From Betaproteobacteria bacterium (GTDB taxonomy: Bacteria; Pseudomonadota; Gammaproteobacteria; Burkholderiales; SG8-41), in NCBI GenBank assembly GCA_016192835.1, contig JACPTJ010000360.1, positions 1-44,737 of the forward strand: 44,737 nt of DNA. Reading direction: 5' to 3'. Positions 33,800-42,986 of this stretch are shown here, one piece after another. The translations under genes were made by a program, and so were the position numbers. The number at the start of each line of letters is the position of its first letter. The stretch's first letter is position 1. Under the pieces are notes generated by a model. It was not told the DNA's origin. It was given only the letters and a program-made list of their open reading frames with translations, and ran no database searches.

Positions 33800-34540
33800 A
33801 TGTCACGAGTAGCGGTTGTTACCGGCGGCATGGGCGGCCTCGGCGAGGCTGTCTGCGTCAAGCTGTCGGGAATGGATTACCGGGTGGTCGCCACGTATTC
33901 GCCCGGCAACACCAAGGCTCGGCAATGGCTCGCCGACATGAAAAACCGAGGGCACGAATTCCATGCCGTGCAGGTCGATGTTGCGGATTTCGATTCGTGC
34001 GCCAAGGCGGTCAAGCAGATCGAAGCCGAAGTCGGCCCGATCGACGTGCTGGTCAACAATGCCGGCATCACGCGCGACATGACATTCAGGAAAATGGGCA
34101 AGGCAGACTGGGACGCGGTGATGCGCACCAATCTCGACAGCGTTTTCAACATGACCAAAGCGGTGCTCGACGATATGGTGGACCGCGGCTGGGGCCGCGT
34201 GATCAACGTCTCTTCGGTCAATGGACAGAAAGGCGCATTCGGTCAGACCAACTACTCTGCCGCCAAAGCCGGGATGCACGGTTTCACCAAGGCGCTGGCG
34301 CTGGAAGTCGCGCGCAAGGGCGTGACGGTGAATACGATTTCACCCGGCTATATCGGAACCAAAATGGTAATGGCGATCCCGAAAGAAGTGCTCGATGCCA
34401 AGATCATCCCGCAAATTCCGGTCGGACGGCTCGGCAAGCCGGAAGAAGTCGCTGGCCTCGTCGCCTACCTGTGTTCCGACGAGGCAGCCTTTGTGACGGG
34501 CGCCAATATCGCCATCAACGGCGGCCAGCACATGCAGTAG
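33800..34540 (+). CDS. phaB: Acetoacetyl-CoA reductase
   Basis: TGGMGGLG, NNAGITRD, SSVNGQKGAFGQTNYSAAKAG; AGAGGAGG RBS. Confidence 0.96.
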   Translation: MSRVAVVTGGMGGLGEAVCVKLSGMDYRVVATYSPGNTKARQWLADMKNRGHEFHAVQVDVADFDSCAKAVKQIEAEVGPIDVLVNNAGITRDMTFRKMGKADWDAVMRTNLDSVFNMTKAVLDDMVDRGWGRVINVSSVNGQKGAFGQTNYSAAKAGMHGFTKALALEVARKGVTVNTISPGYIGTKMVMAIPKEVLDAKIIPQIPVGRLGKPEEVAGLVAYLCSDEAAFVTGANIAINGGQHMQ

Positions 34541-34563
34541 CCACTTCTTTTGGTGTCGCCGCC

Positions 34564-34592
34564 TTGACGCTGCGGATGCTGCGGCGCACAAT
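34564..34592 (+). promoter_or_regulatory. phaR promoter with overlapping candidate PhaR operator
   Basis: TTGACG-N17-CACAAT; ATGCTGCGGCGCACAAT (TGC-N3-GCA core) at 34576-34592 overlaps the -10. PhaR autoregulation is established in other PHA producers. Confidence 0.6.
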
Positions 34593-34624
34593 CCAAATAC
34601 ATTTTTTTGCAGTTGAGGTCAGCT

Positions 34625-35263
34625 ATGAGCGAGCATCTGCGTATCATCAAAAAGTATCCGAACCGCCGGCTTTATGACACTACGACCAGCAGCTACATCA
34701 CGCTGGCGGATGTCAAGAAGCTGGTGCTCGACCAAATCGAGTTCAGGGTCGAGGACGCCAAGTCCAAGGAGGATCTGACGCGCGCCATCCTGCTGCAGAT
34801 TATTCTCGAGGAAGAAAGCGGCAACGGCGCGCCCATGTTTTCGAGCGACGCGCTGTCCCAGATCATCCGCTTCTACGGCAACGCGATGCAGGGGATGATG
34901 GGCGGTTACCTCGAGAAAAACATCCATACCTTCGTCGAGATCCAGAAAAAGCTGCAGGAACAGTCGAATGCAATTTACGGCGGAACGCCGCCCACGCTCA
35001 ACCCCGATGCGTGGGGGGAATTTCTCAAGATGCAGGGCCCCGCGATCCAGGGCCTGATGAGCAGCTATCTCGAGCAAAGCGCCAACGCATTCCTCGAAAT
35101 GCAGCAGCAATTGCAAAAACAGACCCGCAACCTGTTCGGCGCTTTCCCCTTCCCCAACTTCGCCGCTTCCAATCCGTTCGCGCAGCCGCAACGCGATGAT
35201 GCCGCAGGCAACTCCAGCAAATCCGCGCCCAAGGATGAAGGCGGCAAAAAAGACGGCGCCTGA
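34625..35263 (+). CDS. phaR: Polyhydroxyalkanoate synthesis repressor PhaR
   Basis: [39 protein letters not shown]. Confidence 0.96.
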   Translation: MSEHLRIIKKYPNRRLYDTTTSSYITLADVKKLVLDQIEFRVEDAKSKEDLTRAILLQIILEEESGNGAPMFSSDALSQIIRFYGNAMQGMMGGYLEKNIHTFVEIQKKLQEQSNAIYGGTPPTLNPDAWGEFLKMQGPAIQGLMSSYLEQSANAFLEMQQQLQKQTRNLFGAFPFPNFAASNPFAQPQRDDAAGNSSKSAPKDEGGKKDGA

Positions 35264-36593
35264 TCAAGCGCGCGCGCGGCCCAGGGCCGCGCCCAAAGTC
35301 GGTTTCGTCTCGCTCGGCTGTCCCAAGGCGCTGGTTGATTCCGAACGCATCCTCACGCAGTTGCGCGCCGAAGGTTATCTCATCGCGCCGGCTTATAAGG
35401 ATGCGGACCTGGTCGTCGTCAACACGTGCGGCTTCATCGATGCCGCGGTCGAGGAATCGCTCGAGGCGATCGGCGAAGCGCTTGCCGAAAACGGCCGCGT
35501 GATCGTCACCGGCTGCCTTGGCGCCAAAGGCAATATCGTCAGGCAGACCCATCCGCGCGTGCTTGCGGTCACCGGCCCGCATGCGACCGACGCAGTGATG
35601 CAGGCGGTGCACGCGCACCTGCAGCAGCCGCACGACCCCTACACCGACCTGATTCCGCCGCAAGGAATAAGACTGACGCCCCGGCACTATGCGTACCTGA
35701 AGATCGCCGAGGGCTGCAATCACCGCTGCACGTTCTGCATCATCCCGTCGCTGCGCGGGGATCTCGTCAGCCGTCCTGTCGGCGAAGTCATGCAGGAAGC
35801 GGAAAACCTGGTCAAGGCCGGTGTGCGAGAGCTGTTGGTAGTTTCGCAAGACACCAGCGCTTACGGCGTCGACGTCAAATACCGCACTGGCTTCTGGCAC
35901 GGCCGTCCGCTCAGGACGCGCATGACGGAATTGGCTCGCGCGCTCGGCAGCCTAGGGGTGTGGGTGCGGCTGCATTACGTATACCCCTACCCGCACGTCG
36001 ACGAGGTGATTCCGCTGATGGCGGAGGGGAAAATCCTGCCGTATCTCGACGTGCCGTTTCAGCACGCGAGCCCGAAAATATTGAAAGCGATGAAACGGCC
36101 GGCAAGCTCGGAGAACAACCTTGCGCGCATCAGGCGCTGGCGCGAGATCTGTCCCGAGCTGACGGTACGCAGCACCTTTATCGTCGGTTTCCCCGGCGAA
36201 ACCGACGCCGATTTCGAGCAACTGCTCGAATTTCTCAAGGCTGCGCAACTCGACCGTGTCGGCTGCTTCGCCTATTCGCCGGTCGACGGCGCGAAGGCAA
36301 ATGAATTGCCGGGCCACGTGCCCGAAGCAATCAAGGAAGAACGCAAGGCGCGCTTCATGGCGCTGCAGGAGGGAATCAGCGCGGCGCGCCTCAAGCGCAG
36401 GATCGGTCGCACCCTGACGGTTCTGGTCGACGCGGTCACCACCAAGGGCGCAATTGCGCGCAGCAGCGCCGACGCGCCAGACATCGACGGCATCGTGCAC
36501 GTCGCGCCGCATGCAACGCTCGAGGCCGGCGAGTTTGCGCGCGTGAAGATCGTGGCATCCGACACGCACGACCTGAAAGGCGCGGTCGCCTGA
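35235..36593 (+). CDS. rimO: Ribosomal protein S12 methylthiotransferase
   Basis: [27 protein letters not shown] radical SAM motif, TRAM domain; start approximate. Confidence 0.96.
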   Translation: MKAAKKTAPDQARARPRAAPKVGFVSLGCPKALVDSERILTQLRAEGYLIAPAYKDADLVVVNTCGFIDAAVEESLEAIGEALAENGRVIVTGCLGAKGNIVRQTHPRVLAVTGPHATDAVMQAVHAHLQQPHDPYTDLIPPQGIRLTPRHYAYLKIAEGCNHRCTFCIIPSLRGDLVSRPVGEVMQEAENLVKAGVRELLVVSQDTSAYGVDVKYRTGFWHGRPLRTRMTELARALGSLGVWVRLHYVYPYPHVDEVIPLMAEGKILPYLDVPFQHASPKILKAMKRPASSENNLARIRRWREICPELTVRSTFIVGFPGETDADFEQLLEFLKAAQLDRVGCFAYSPVDGAKANELPGHVPEAIKEERKARFMALQEGISAARLKRRIGRTLTVLVDAVTTKGAIARSSADAPDIDGIVHVAPHATLEAGEFARVKIVASDTHDLKGAVA

Positions 36594-37060
36594 TGTGGGA
36601 GCAACTCAAACGCTGGGCACGGCAACTGGAATGCGAAGGCATGGCCCTGTGGTTCTGCTGCCGGCACCCGGGCATGCCGTGGCTGCCCAAGATCTTTGCG
36701 CTGCTGGTAGTCGGCTACTTCCTGAGCCCGATCGATCTGATCCCGGACTTTATTCCGGTAATCGGTTATCTCGATGACTTGATCCTGGTGCCGATCGGAA
36801 TCTACCTCACGCTGAAGCTGGTGCCGCAGCAGGTGATCGAGGAATCCCGCGCCCGGGCGCGCGACTGGATTGCCGCGCAGCGGCCGAAGCCGAAAAGCAT
36901 CGCCGCCGCGGAGCAACCCCTTCCCCCGGCTTTTCATCATTCGTTGCCGGCCGGCACCCGCGTATACGCGGTATCCGCGCGCTCGAAAAACGCGATCACC
37001 TCCGCGATATCACGCGTGCCCTTCATGGCCGGCAGGCTGGCCAGGATGCGCCTGCCATAG
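36593..37060 (+). CDS. DUF1232 (YkvA-like) protein with aberrant C-terminus reading into the convergent helicase gene
   Basis: YFLSPIDLIPDFIPVIGYLDDLILVP motif; similarity appears to end near 36910. Confidence 0.8.
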   Translation: MWEQLKRWARQLECEGMALWFCCRHPGMPWLPKIFALLVVGYFLSPIDLIPDFIPVIGYLDDLILVPIGIYLTLKLVPQQVIEESRARARDWIAAQRPKPKSIAAAEQPLPPAFHHSLPAGTRVYAVSARSKNAITSAISRVPFMAGRLARMRLP

Positions 37061-38898
37061 CCTTTACTGAAGAGACGCGGGTCGCAGATCATCAGCACGC
37101 CGCGATCGGTCTCGTCGCGGATCAGCCGCCCCGCGCCCTGCTTGAGCGTGATCACCGCCTGCGGCAGCTGGAATTCGACGAACGCGTTGCGTCCCTCGCG
37201 CCTGATGCGCTCGATGCGCGCTGCGAGCAGCGGGTCGTCGGGCGGCGCAAACGGCAGTTTGTCGATCACCACCAGCGACAGTGCCTCGCCGCGCACATCC
37301 ACGCCTTCCCAGAACGATTGGCTGCCGATCAGCACTGCATTGCCGAGCCGCCGGAAGCGCTCGAGCAGCTCGGTGCGCGAACCTTCTCCCTGCAGCAGCA
37401 GCGGATAGTCGAGCTTGCGGCGGGAAAACACGTCCTTCAACAGCTCGTGGCCCTCACGCATCGCGCGCAGGCTGGTGAACAACATGAACGTGCGTCCGCC
37501 GCTGGCCTCGATCGCCGGCAGCGCCGCGGCGACCACCGCCGGAGTGTAGGCCGGGGTATTGGGCTCGGGCATGCCTTTCGGCACGTAAACCAGCGCGTGG
37601 CTCGCGAAATCGAACGGGCTGTCCCACGACTGCGCGCACGCCTCGGCAAGCCCCATCTGGCTGACGTAATGGCTGAAGTCTCCGCCCACCGACAACGTTG
37701 CCGAAGTGAAAATCCACGAGCGTGCATGACCGCTGATCTGGCTTTGAAAAATTCCGGCGATCGACAGCGGCGTCGCGTTGAGATGCAGCGCGTGGCTGAA
37801 GAGTTCGACCCAGCGCACCAGCTCGGGATCGTCATGGTCGCGCCAGCGGCCAATCTGTTCAGACAGCGCGCGAGCGCGCTGCCAGCATTTCTCGAGTCCT
37901 TCGCTGCGCTCGGCCTGTGACTCAAGCACAGCCACGAGCGCATCAAGGCTGGCGCAAACCGCGTCGAGCGCCGGCCCGAACTCGCGAATGCGATCGAGCG
38001 CCTGGAACGGATAACGACCGCTCTCCTCCTGGAACGCGAGCCGCAAATCACGCGCCGCCTTGTCGAATGCCTGGGCTGCAGCGGGCAGCGCCGCGTAGTC
38101 TTTCGCCGAGGCCGCCGCCTCGATGCGCGTATCGCGCGCCAATTCGATCAACTGCGAGGTCGACACGCTGGTGCCGAAAAACAGGCTCGCCGTCCCCGGC
38201 AATTGATGCGCTTCGTCGAGGATGACGGTGTTCGACGCCGGCAGCAGTTCCGACACGCCCTCGTCGCGCAGCACGACGTCGGCGAAGAACAGGTGATGGT
38301 TGACGACGACGACATCCGCGGCAAGCGCCTGCTTGCGGGCCTCCATCACGAAACACTTCGAGTAATGCGCGCACTCCGAGCCCAGGCAGTTCTCGCGCGT
38401 CGACGTCACATACGACCAGAGGCTCGCGTTTTCCGGCACCGCCGGCAGGTCGCTTTTGTCGCCGGTTGCGCTGTGGCGCGCGAAATTCGCAACCAGCGGC
38501 AGGTAGCGCGCGTCATCGCGGCTCGGGAAACGGCCTTCGTGCTGTGCGCGTTCGAGGTAATGATGGCAGACGTAGTTGGCGCGGCCCTTGAGCAACGCCA
38601 CCGTAACCGGCACTTTGATCGCGTCGCGCACGACCTGGATGTCGCGGTCGAACAACTGGTCCTGCAGCGTCTTGGTACCGGTCGAGATAATCACCTTGCC
38701 GCCTGAGAGCAGCGCCGGCACCAGATACGCGAAGGTCTTGCCGGTGCCGGTTCCGGCCTCGGCAATCAAAACCGAATTGTTCTTGATCGCGTCGGCAACC
38801 GCGCGCGCCATTTCAAGCTGGCCCTGCCGCACGCGAAAACCCCTTACCGCCTGCGCGAGCGGGCCGCGATCGGAGAATATCGTATCGAGATCTTGCAT
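36937..38898 (-). CDS. ATP-dependent DNA helicase, DinG/YoaA family (Fe-S)
   Basis: Start MQDLDTIFS at 38898; EAGTGTGKTFAYLVP, KGRANYVC, ENCLGSEC...C, DEAH, SATL, FWEGVDV.G, LKQGAGRLIR. Confidence 0.94.
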   Translation of the reverse strand: MQDLDTIFSDRGPLAQAVRGFRVRQGQLEMARAVADAIKNNSVLIAEAGTGTGKTFAYLVPALLSGGKVIISTGTKTLQDQLFDRDIQVVRDAIKVPVTVALLKGRANYVCHHYLERAQHEGRFPSRDDARYLPLVANFARHSATGDKSDLPAVPENASLWSYVTSTRENCLGSECAHYSKCFVMEARKQALAADVVVVNHHLFFADVVLRDEGVSELLPASNTVILDEAHQLPGTASLFFGTSVSTSQLIELARDTRIEAAASAKDYAALPAAAQAFDKAARDLRLAFQEESGRYPFQALDRIREFGPALDAVCASLDALVAVLESQAERSEGLEKCWQRARALSEQIGRWRDHDDPELVRWVELFSHALHLNATPLSIAGIFQSQISGHARSWIFTSATLSVGGDFSHYVSQMGLAEACAQSWDSPFDFASHALVYVPKGMPEPNTPAYTPAVVAAALPAIEASGGRTFMLFTSLRAMREGHELLKDVFSRRKLDYPLLLQGEGSRTELLERFRRLGNAVLIGSQSFWEGVDVRGEALSLVVIDKLPFAPPDDPLLAARIERIRREGRNAFVEFQLPQAVITLKQGAGRLIRDETDRGVLMICDPRLFSKGYGRRILASLPAMKGTRDIAEVIAFFERADTAYTRVPAGNE

Positions 38899-39017
38899 TG
38901 AGATGCGGCCTTCAGGCCGCATCGAGCGGACTGCGCGCGCCACGACCATCTTTGAACAGTACGTGAGTTTATCTCATCGCCACGCCGGCGTCTTTGGTGA
39001 AGCCGCTTCCGCGCCGT

Positions 39018-39137
39018 TCAGGCCCGCTCGGTGCGACGGCTGTAGTGCCGCGCGGCAATGGCGGCACGCAGCGATTCGAGCAGGCGGGGACGTGCGACGG
39101 CGCCTTGAGACGGCCCTCGATTGCCATTGTCATCCAT
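39018..39137 (-). pseudogene. Integron integrase (IntI) N-terminal remnant
   Basis: GGAGG RBS, ATG 39137, MDDNGNRGPSQGAVARPRLLESLRAAIAARHYSRRTERA-stop, matching the IntI N-terminal P.LL..R..I..RHYS.RTE.AY pattern. Confidence 0.75.
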
Positions 39138-39266
39138 GTTTCCTCCCATTCCCGACGGCGAATTGCGCCCGACGTATAGGAGGGGTAACGTATCGGAGAG
39201 TAGTTCGATTACGGTATATGACGTAAGTAATAGCCAGTATTGAGCCACGAACCTGGGGAGACTCGA

Positions 39267-39728
39267 ATGACGACGAACAAACGCCCTAAAGCTTTTTGGT
39301 TCATTTTTGTATTTCTTGCACTCTCACTGGCATTTATGTTGGCAGGCCAGACCATGGCCTTGATCAATTATGATTTCGCGGTTCAGATCGGTTTGCAGGA
39401 GAGCGTAAAAAAGGTCGGTGAGTTTGGGGTTCAGGTCAACCGCGCATTCGGCGCGGCCGATACAATCGTCTACATGCCTCTGATGGCCTTGTCGTTGATC
39501 GGGCTGTTTCTGAGGAAGGCCTGGTCGCTGGTGACAGCCGCGGCAACGATGGGAATATCAGCCTATTGGGCTGCGGTGATCGCGTTCATGCTCGTATTCT
39601 TGCCCGGCACTCCCGGTTACGAGCTTGCACCGGGTTTGGAGTACTGGCTTTTTATCCTCGCGCATATCATCTTTGGTATCTGGGGTGTTTTTTATCTGAT
39701 ATTCCGCGGAGGTAGTCTGATCAAATGA
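39267..39728 (+). CDS. Hypothetical membrane protein (about 4 TM), cassette-like
   Basis: GGGGAG RBS; hydrophobic segments; visibly more AT-rich than neighbours; divergent from the intI remnant. Confidence 0.8.
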   Translation: MTTNKRPKAFWFIFVFLALSLAFMLAGQTMALINYDFAVQIGLQESVKKVGEFGVQVNRAFGAADTIVYMPLMALSLIGLFLRKAWSLVTAAATMGISAYWAAVIAFMLVFLPGTPGYELAPGLEYWLFILAHIIFGIWGVFYLIFRGGSLIK

Positions 39729-39729
39729 G

Positions 39730-40230
39730 GTGGACGTCAGGTATCCTGTCGCTGTGCCCGCCAAACTAACCAGGATCGGCTTGATCTCCGATACCCACAA
39801 TCTGCTGCGCCCGACAGCGAAACTCGCGCTCGCCGGTGTTGAACGCATCATTCACGCCGGTGACATCTGTTCCGCGCGAGTGCTCGAAGAGCTACGCAAA
39901 ATCGCGCCGGTCGTTGCCGTGCGTGGCAATAACGATCGCGGCGCATGGGCAAGCGCGATCCCTATGACGCAGACCATCACGATCGAAGCCGTATCGATTC
40001 ACATCATTCATGATCTCGATGAACTCGAGCATGACTCGCAGGGAGCAGGCTTCCACGTTGTGGTATCCGGCCACTCGCACCGCCCGCGGGTCGAGCGACG
40101 GGAGGGCATATTGTTCGTCAATCCGGGCAGCGCAGGGCCGCGCCGCTTTACGCTGCCGATATCGGTCGGTATACTCGAAATCGCAGGCGGCATTGTGGAT
40201 GCAAAGCTGTACACGCTGAATCAGCAATAA
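39730..40230 (+). CDS. Metallophosphoesterase, YfcE/MJ0936 family
   Basis: ISDTH, HAGD, VRGNND, SGHSH, NPGSAGPRRF; start uncertain. Confidence 0.92.
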   Translation: MDVRYPVAVPAKLTRIGLISDTHNLLRPTAKLALAGVERIIHAGDICSARVLEELRKIAPVVAVRGNNDRGAWASAIPMTQTITIEAVSIHIIHDLDELEHDSQGAGFHVVVSGHSHRPRVERREGILFVNPGSAGPRRFTLPISVGILEIAGGIVDAKLYTLNQQ

Positions 40231-40304
40231 TCTGATTCGCTGCATCAGGTCGGGCGCAAAAAAAATAATTTACAATTAGAATGATGTCATCTATAGTCGC
40301 GGCA

Positions 40305-40814
40305 ATGAAAAAAACGACAATAATACTTGCAGGGTCGATCGCGTTCTCCGTCCCTCCCGCAATTGCTGCGGACGAGGTTGCCGAGACCGCCGTTGTTTCT
40401 TCCGTCACCGTTTCCGCCGGCGCTGGCGGCTATTTCGAGCGCGCACGCGAGCTGGTAATGCACACGCTCGCGCTGATCGGGGTCAGCTACAAGTACGGCG
40501 GCGGCTCGCCCGACAGTGGGTTCGATTGCAGCGGGCTGGTAAGCCACGTGTTCCAGGAAGTCATCGGCTTGACGCTGCCGCGCGACTCACAGGCGATGAG
40601 CAGGGTCGGGGAGAAAGTCGACAAAACGGAACTGCGGCCCGGCGATCTGGTGTTCTTCAATACCCGCAGGCGGCCGTTTTCACACGTCGGCATCTACATC
40701 GGCGAGGAACGCTTCGTGCATGCGCCAAGCCGCGGCCGCGACGTCGAGGTTTCGAACCTGCACAGCCGCTACTGGAACAAGCGCTACAACGGCGCGCGCC
40801 GCGTGAATTTCTAA
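40305..40814 (+). CDS. NlpC/P60 (C40) family peptidase, exported
   Basis: Signal peptide; YKYGG.SP..GFDCSGLV, LRPGDLVFF, SHVGIYIG...FVHAPS. Confidence 0.93.
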   Translation: MKKTTIILAGSIAFSVPPAIAADEVAETAVVSSVTVSAGAGGYFERARELVMHTLALIGVSYKYGGGSPDSGFDCSGLVSHVFQEVIGLTLPRDSQAMSRVGEKVDKTELRPGDLVFFNTRRRPFSHVGIYIGEERFVHAPSRGRDVEVSNLHSRYWNKRYNGARRVNF

Positions 40815-40824
40815 GAGCCCCTAA

Positions 40825-41695
40825 CTACCGTTTCGTCACCGTCACCGTTTTCTCGGTGACCTTCAGCTTGATCGCGGCGATCGCCGCCAGCCCTGCTTTT
40901 TCGCCTTCGATGATGGCCTGATGCCGGTTGTCGAAATCGGTACCGCGCATCGCGCCGGTATCAGGACGGATCACGATGTCGGCCTCGCTAAGCTCGTAGC
41001 CCGCGATGCTTTGGCCCATGATCGCGAATGACTGCAACATGACATCGACGCTGTCCCTGGTCTTGCCAAAGCGCGGATTGTTGGAAATGTAGACCGCAAT
41101 TACCAGGTCGGCTCCCATGCCGCGCGCCGCGCGCACCGGTACCGGACTCACCAGCCCGCCGTCGACGTATTCGCGCCCGCTAATGGTGACCGGCTGAAAC
41201 ACGCCGGGCACGCTGCTCGAGGCACGCACCGCCATGCCGGTGTTGCCGGTGCGAAACACTACCGGCTCGCCGCTCTGCAGATCGGTGGCCACCGTCGCGA
41301 ACGGCTTGTTGAGCTTCTCGAGCTTTGATGAAACCGCGGTCGGGCAGCGACCAGTCGGCAATCACCGTATCGTTCATTTGCAATGCGGCGCGCTGCAGAT
41401 CGAACCCGCCGTAGCCGCCGGCGTAGAGCGCGCCGACCAGGCTTCCGGCGCTGGTTCCGACGATGATGTCGACCACGATGCCGTGCGCTTCGAGCGCCTT
41501 GATCACGCCGATGTGCGCGAACCCGCGCACGGCGCCACCGCCCAAAGCCAGAGCGATTTTCGGTGGCACCTGCCTGACTTCAGGCTGGGGAGGCGGCTCT
41601 ACGGTCGGCGTCGGCTTGGGCGCAGGCTCAGGCGCACGCGGCAGCATGCTGCAACCCGCGAGCGCAACCAGCAACACCATGAGGATTAAACGCAA
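40825..41695 (-). pseudogene. Patatin-like phospholipase lipoprotein, split by a frameshifting deletion near 41322 (possibly assembly artefact)
   Basis: Lipobox [17 protein letters not shown] and GTSAG in one frame; [14 protein letters not shown]...YVDGG in another. Confidence 0.85.
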
Positions 41696-41778
41696 ATCAG
41701 CAATTCCGGTCGGAAGGTAATGTGACCGGTTGATTGTAGCGTCGGTTCAGCGCCGCACGCGCGTTGGATCAGAAACAC

Positions 41779-41825
41779 TTGACAAATGATATTAATTCTC
41801 ATTAAATACGAGAACCATTCTCAAT
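41779..41825 (+). promoter_or_regulatory. Sigma70 promoter with two Fur boxes
   Basis: TTGACA-N17-TTAAAT; AATGATATTAATTCTCATT (41785-41803) and TACGAGAACCATTCTCAAT (41807-41825) resemble the Fur consensus; upstream of an iron-binding protein gene. Confidence 0.85.
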
Positions 41826-41869
41826 AACAAGACCACTTCGACCTCGCACCTATAACCGGAGTTTCTAAA

Positions 41870-42952
41870 ATGTTCAATGACTTATGGAACAAATTCGGAT
41901 TGCCTGCGTTGCTCACGTTGACGGCGAAGGTCTTCGGCTTGCTGCTGGGAGCAATGGCGTTCGTCGCCGGAACGTCGCAGCCAGCGTTCGCCCAGGAAAA
42001 GACGCTGAACCTCTATTCTGCCCGCCATTACCAGACCGACGAAGCGCTCTACACCAACTTCACCAAAGCCACCGGCATCAAAATCAACCGCATCGAGGGC
42101 GGCGAGGACGCGCTGATGGAGCGCATCCGTAACGAAGGCCCCAACAGCCCCGCCGATGTCCTCATTACGGTCGATGTTGGCCGCCTCTGGCGTGCGGAGG
42201 CAATGGGGTTGTTCGCTCCGGTGAAATCGAAGCTGCTCGAATCACGCATCCCGGCCAATTACCGCGATCCGAACGGCAACTGGTTCGGCTTCTCGACACG
42301 CGCGCGCATCATTGCCTATAACAAAAACAAGATCCAGCCGTCGGAGCTGAAGAGCTACGAGGACCTGGCCGATCCGCGCTTCAAAGGCAAGATCTGCACA
42401 CGCTCGGCGAGCCATGTCTACAACCTGTCGTTGATGGGCTCCATCATCGGCGCGCTCGGCGAGCAAAAAGCCGAAGCGTGGGCCAAGAGTGTTGCTGCCA
42501 ACCTCGCACGAGCACCCAAGGGCGGCGATACCGACCAGTTGCGCGCAGTGGCCGCCGGTGAATGCGATATCGCCATCAGCAACACCTACTACTATGCACG
42601 ACTGCTGCGTTGGGACAAGCCAGAGGACAAAAAGGTCACTGAAACCGTCGGCGTGATCTGGCCCAACCAGAACAACCGCGGCACCCACGTCAACATCTCC
42701 GGCGGCGGCATGCTCAGGTACGCACCGCACAAGGAAGCGGCGGTCAAGTTCCTCGAGTATCTGGTGAGCAACGACGCGCAGCTTTACTTCGCGGACGGCA
42801 ACAACGAGTGGCCGGTGGTGACCAGCCTTACCAACAACAACCCGGCGCTGAAAGCGCTCGGCTCATTCAAGGCCGATCCGCTCAACATTGCAGTGATCGG
42901 CAAAAACCAGCCGTTGGCGCAGAAGATTTTCGATCGCGTGGGCTACAAATAA
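41870..42952 (+). CDS. Fe(3+) ABC transporter substrate-binding protein (FbpA/FutA family)
   Basis: LNLYSARHY, EG.NSPADVL.TVD, GGDTDQLRAVAAGECD, NTYY, GTHVNISG. Confidence 0.95.
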   Translation: MFNDLWNKFGLPALLTLTAKVFGLLLGAMAFVAGTSQPAFAQEKTLNLYSARHYQTDEALYTNFTKATGIKINRIEGGEDALMERIRNEGPNSPADVLITVDVGRLWRAEAMGLFAPVKSKLLESRIPANYRDPNGNWFGFSTRARIIAYNKNKIQPSELKSYEDLADPRFKGKICTRSASHVYNLSLMGSIIGALGEQKAEAWAKSVAANLARAPKGGDTDQLRAVAAGECDIAISNTYYYARLLRWDKPEDKKVTETVGVIWPNQNNRGTHVNISGGGMLRYAPHKEAAVKFLEYLVSNDAQLYFADGNNEWPVVTSLTNNNPALKALGSFKADPLNIAVIGKNQPLAQKIFDRVGYK

Positions 42953-42986
42953 CCTTCGCCATCAGCACGACATGACAAGCTCTTCA

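Noticed and set aside
38945-38962. Possible LexA box upstream of the DinG/YoaA helicase
   Set aside because: Only one CTGT half-site; the other half does not match CTGT-N8-ACAG.
38970-39020. Possible IntI C-terminal remnant (LNG.../RGSGFT) after the stub
   Set aside because: Resemblance to HVLNRGGxGV is too weak and needs frameshifts; it cannot be supported without alignment.
39729-39800. attC site after the cassette-like ORF
   Set aside because: A CTAAC is present but lies in the next coding sequence with no complementary GTT arm or palindrome.
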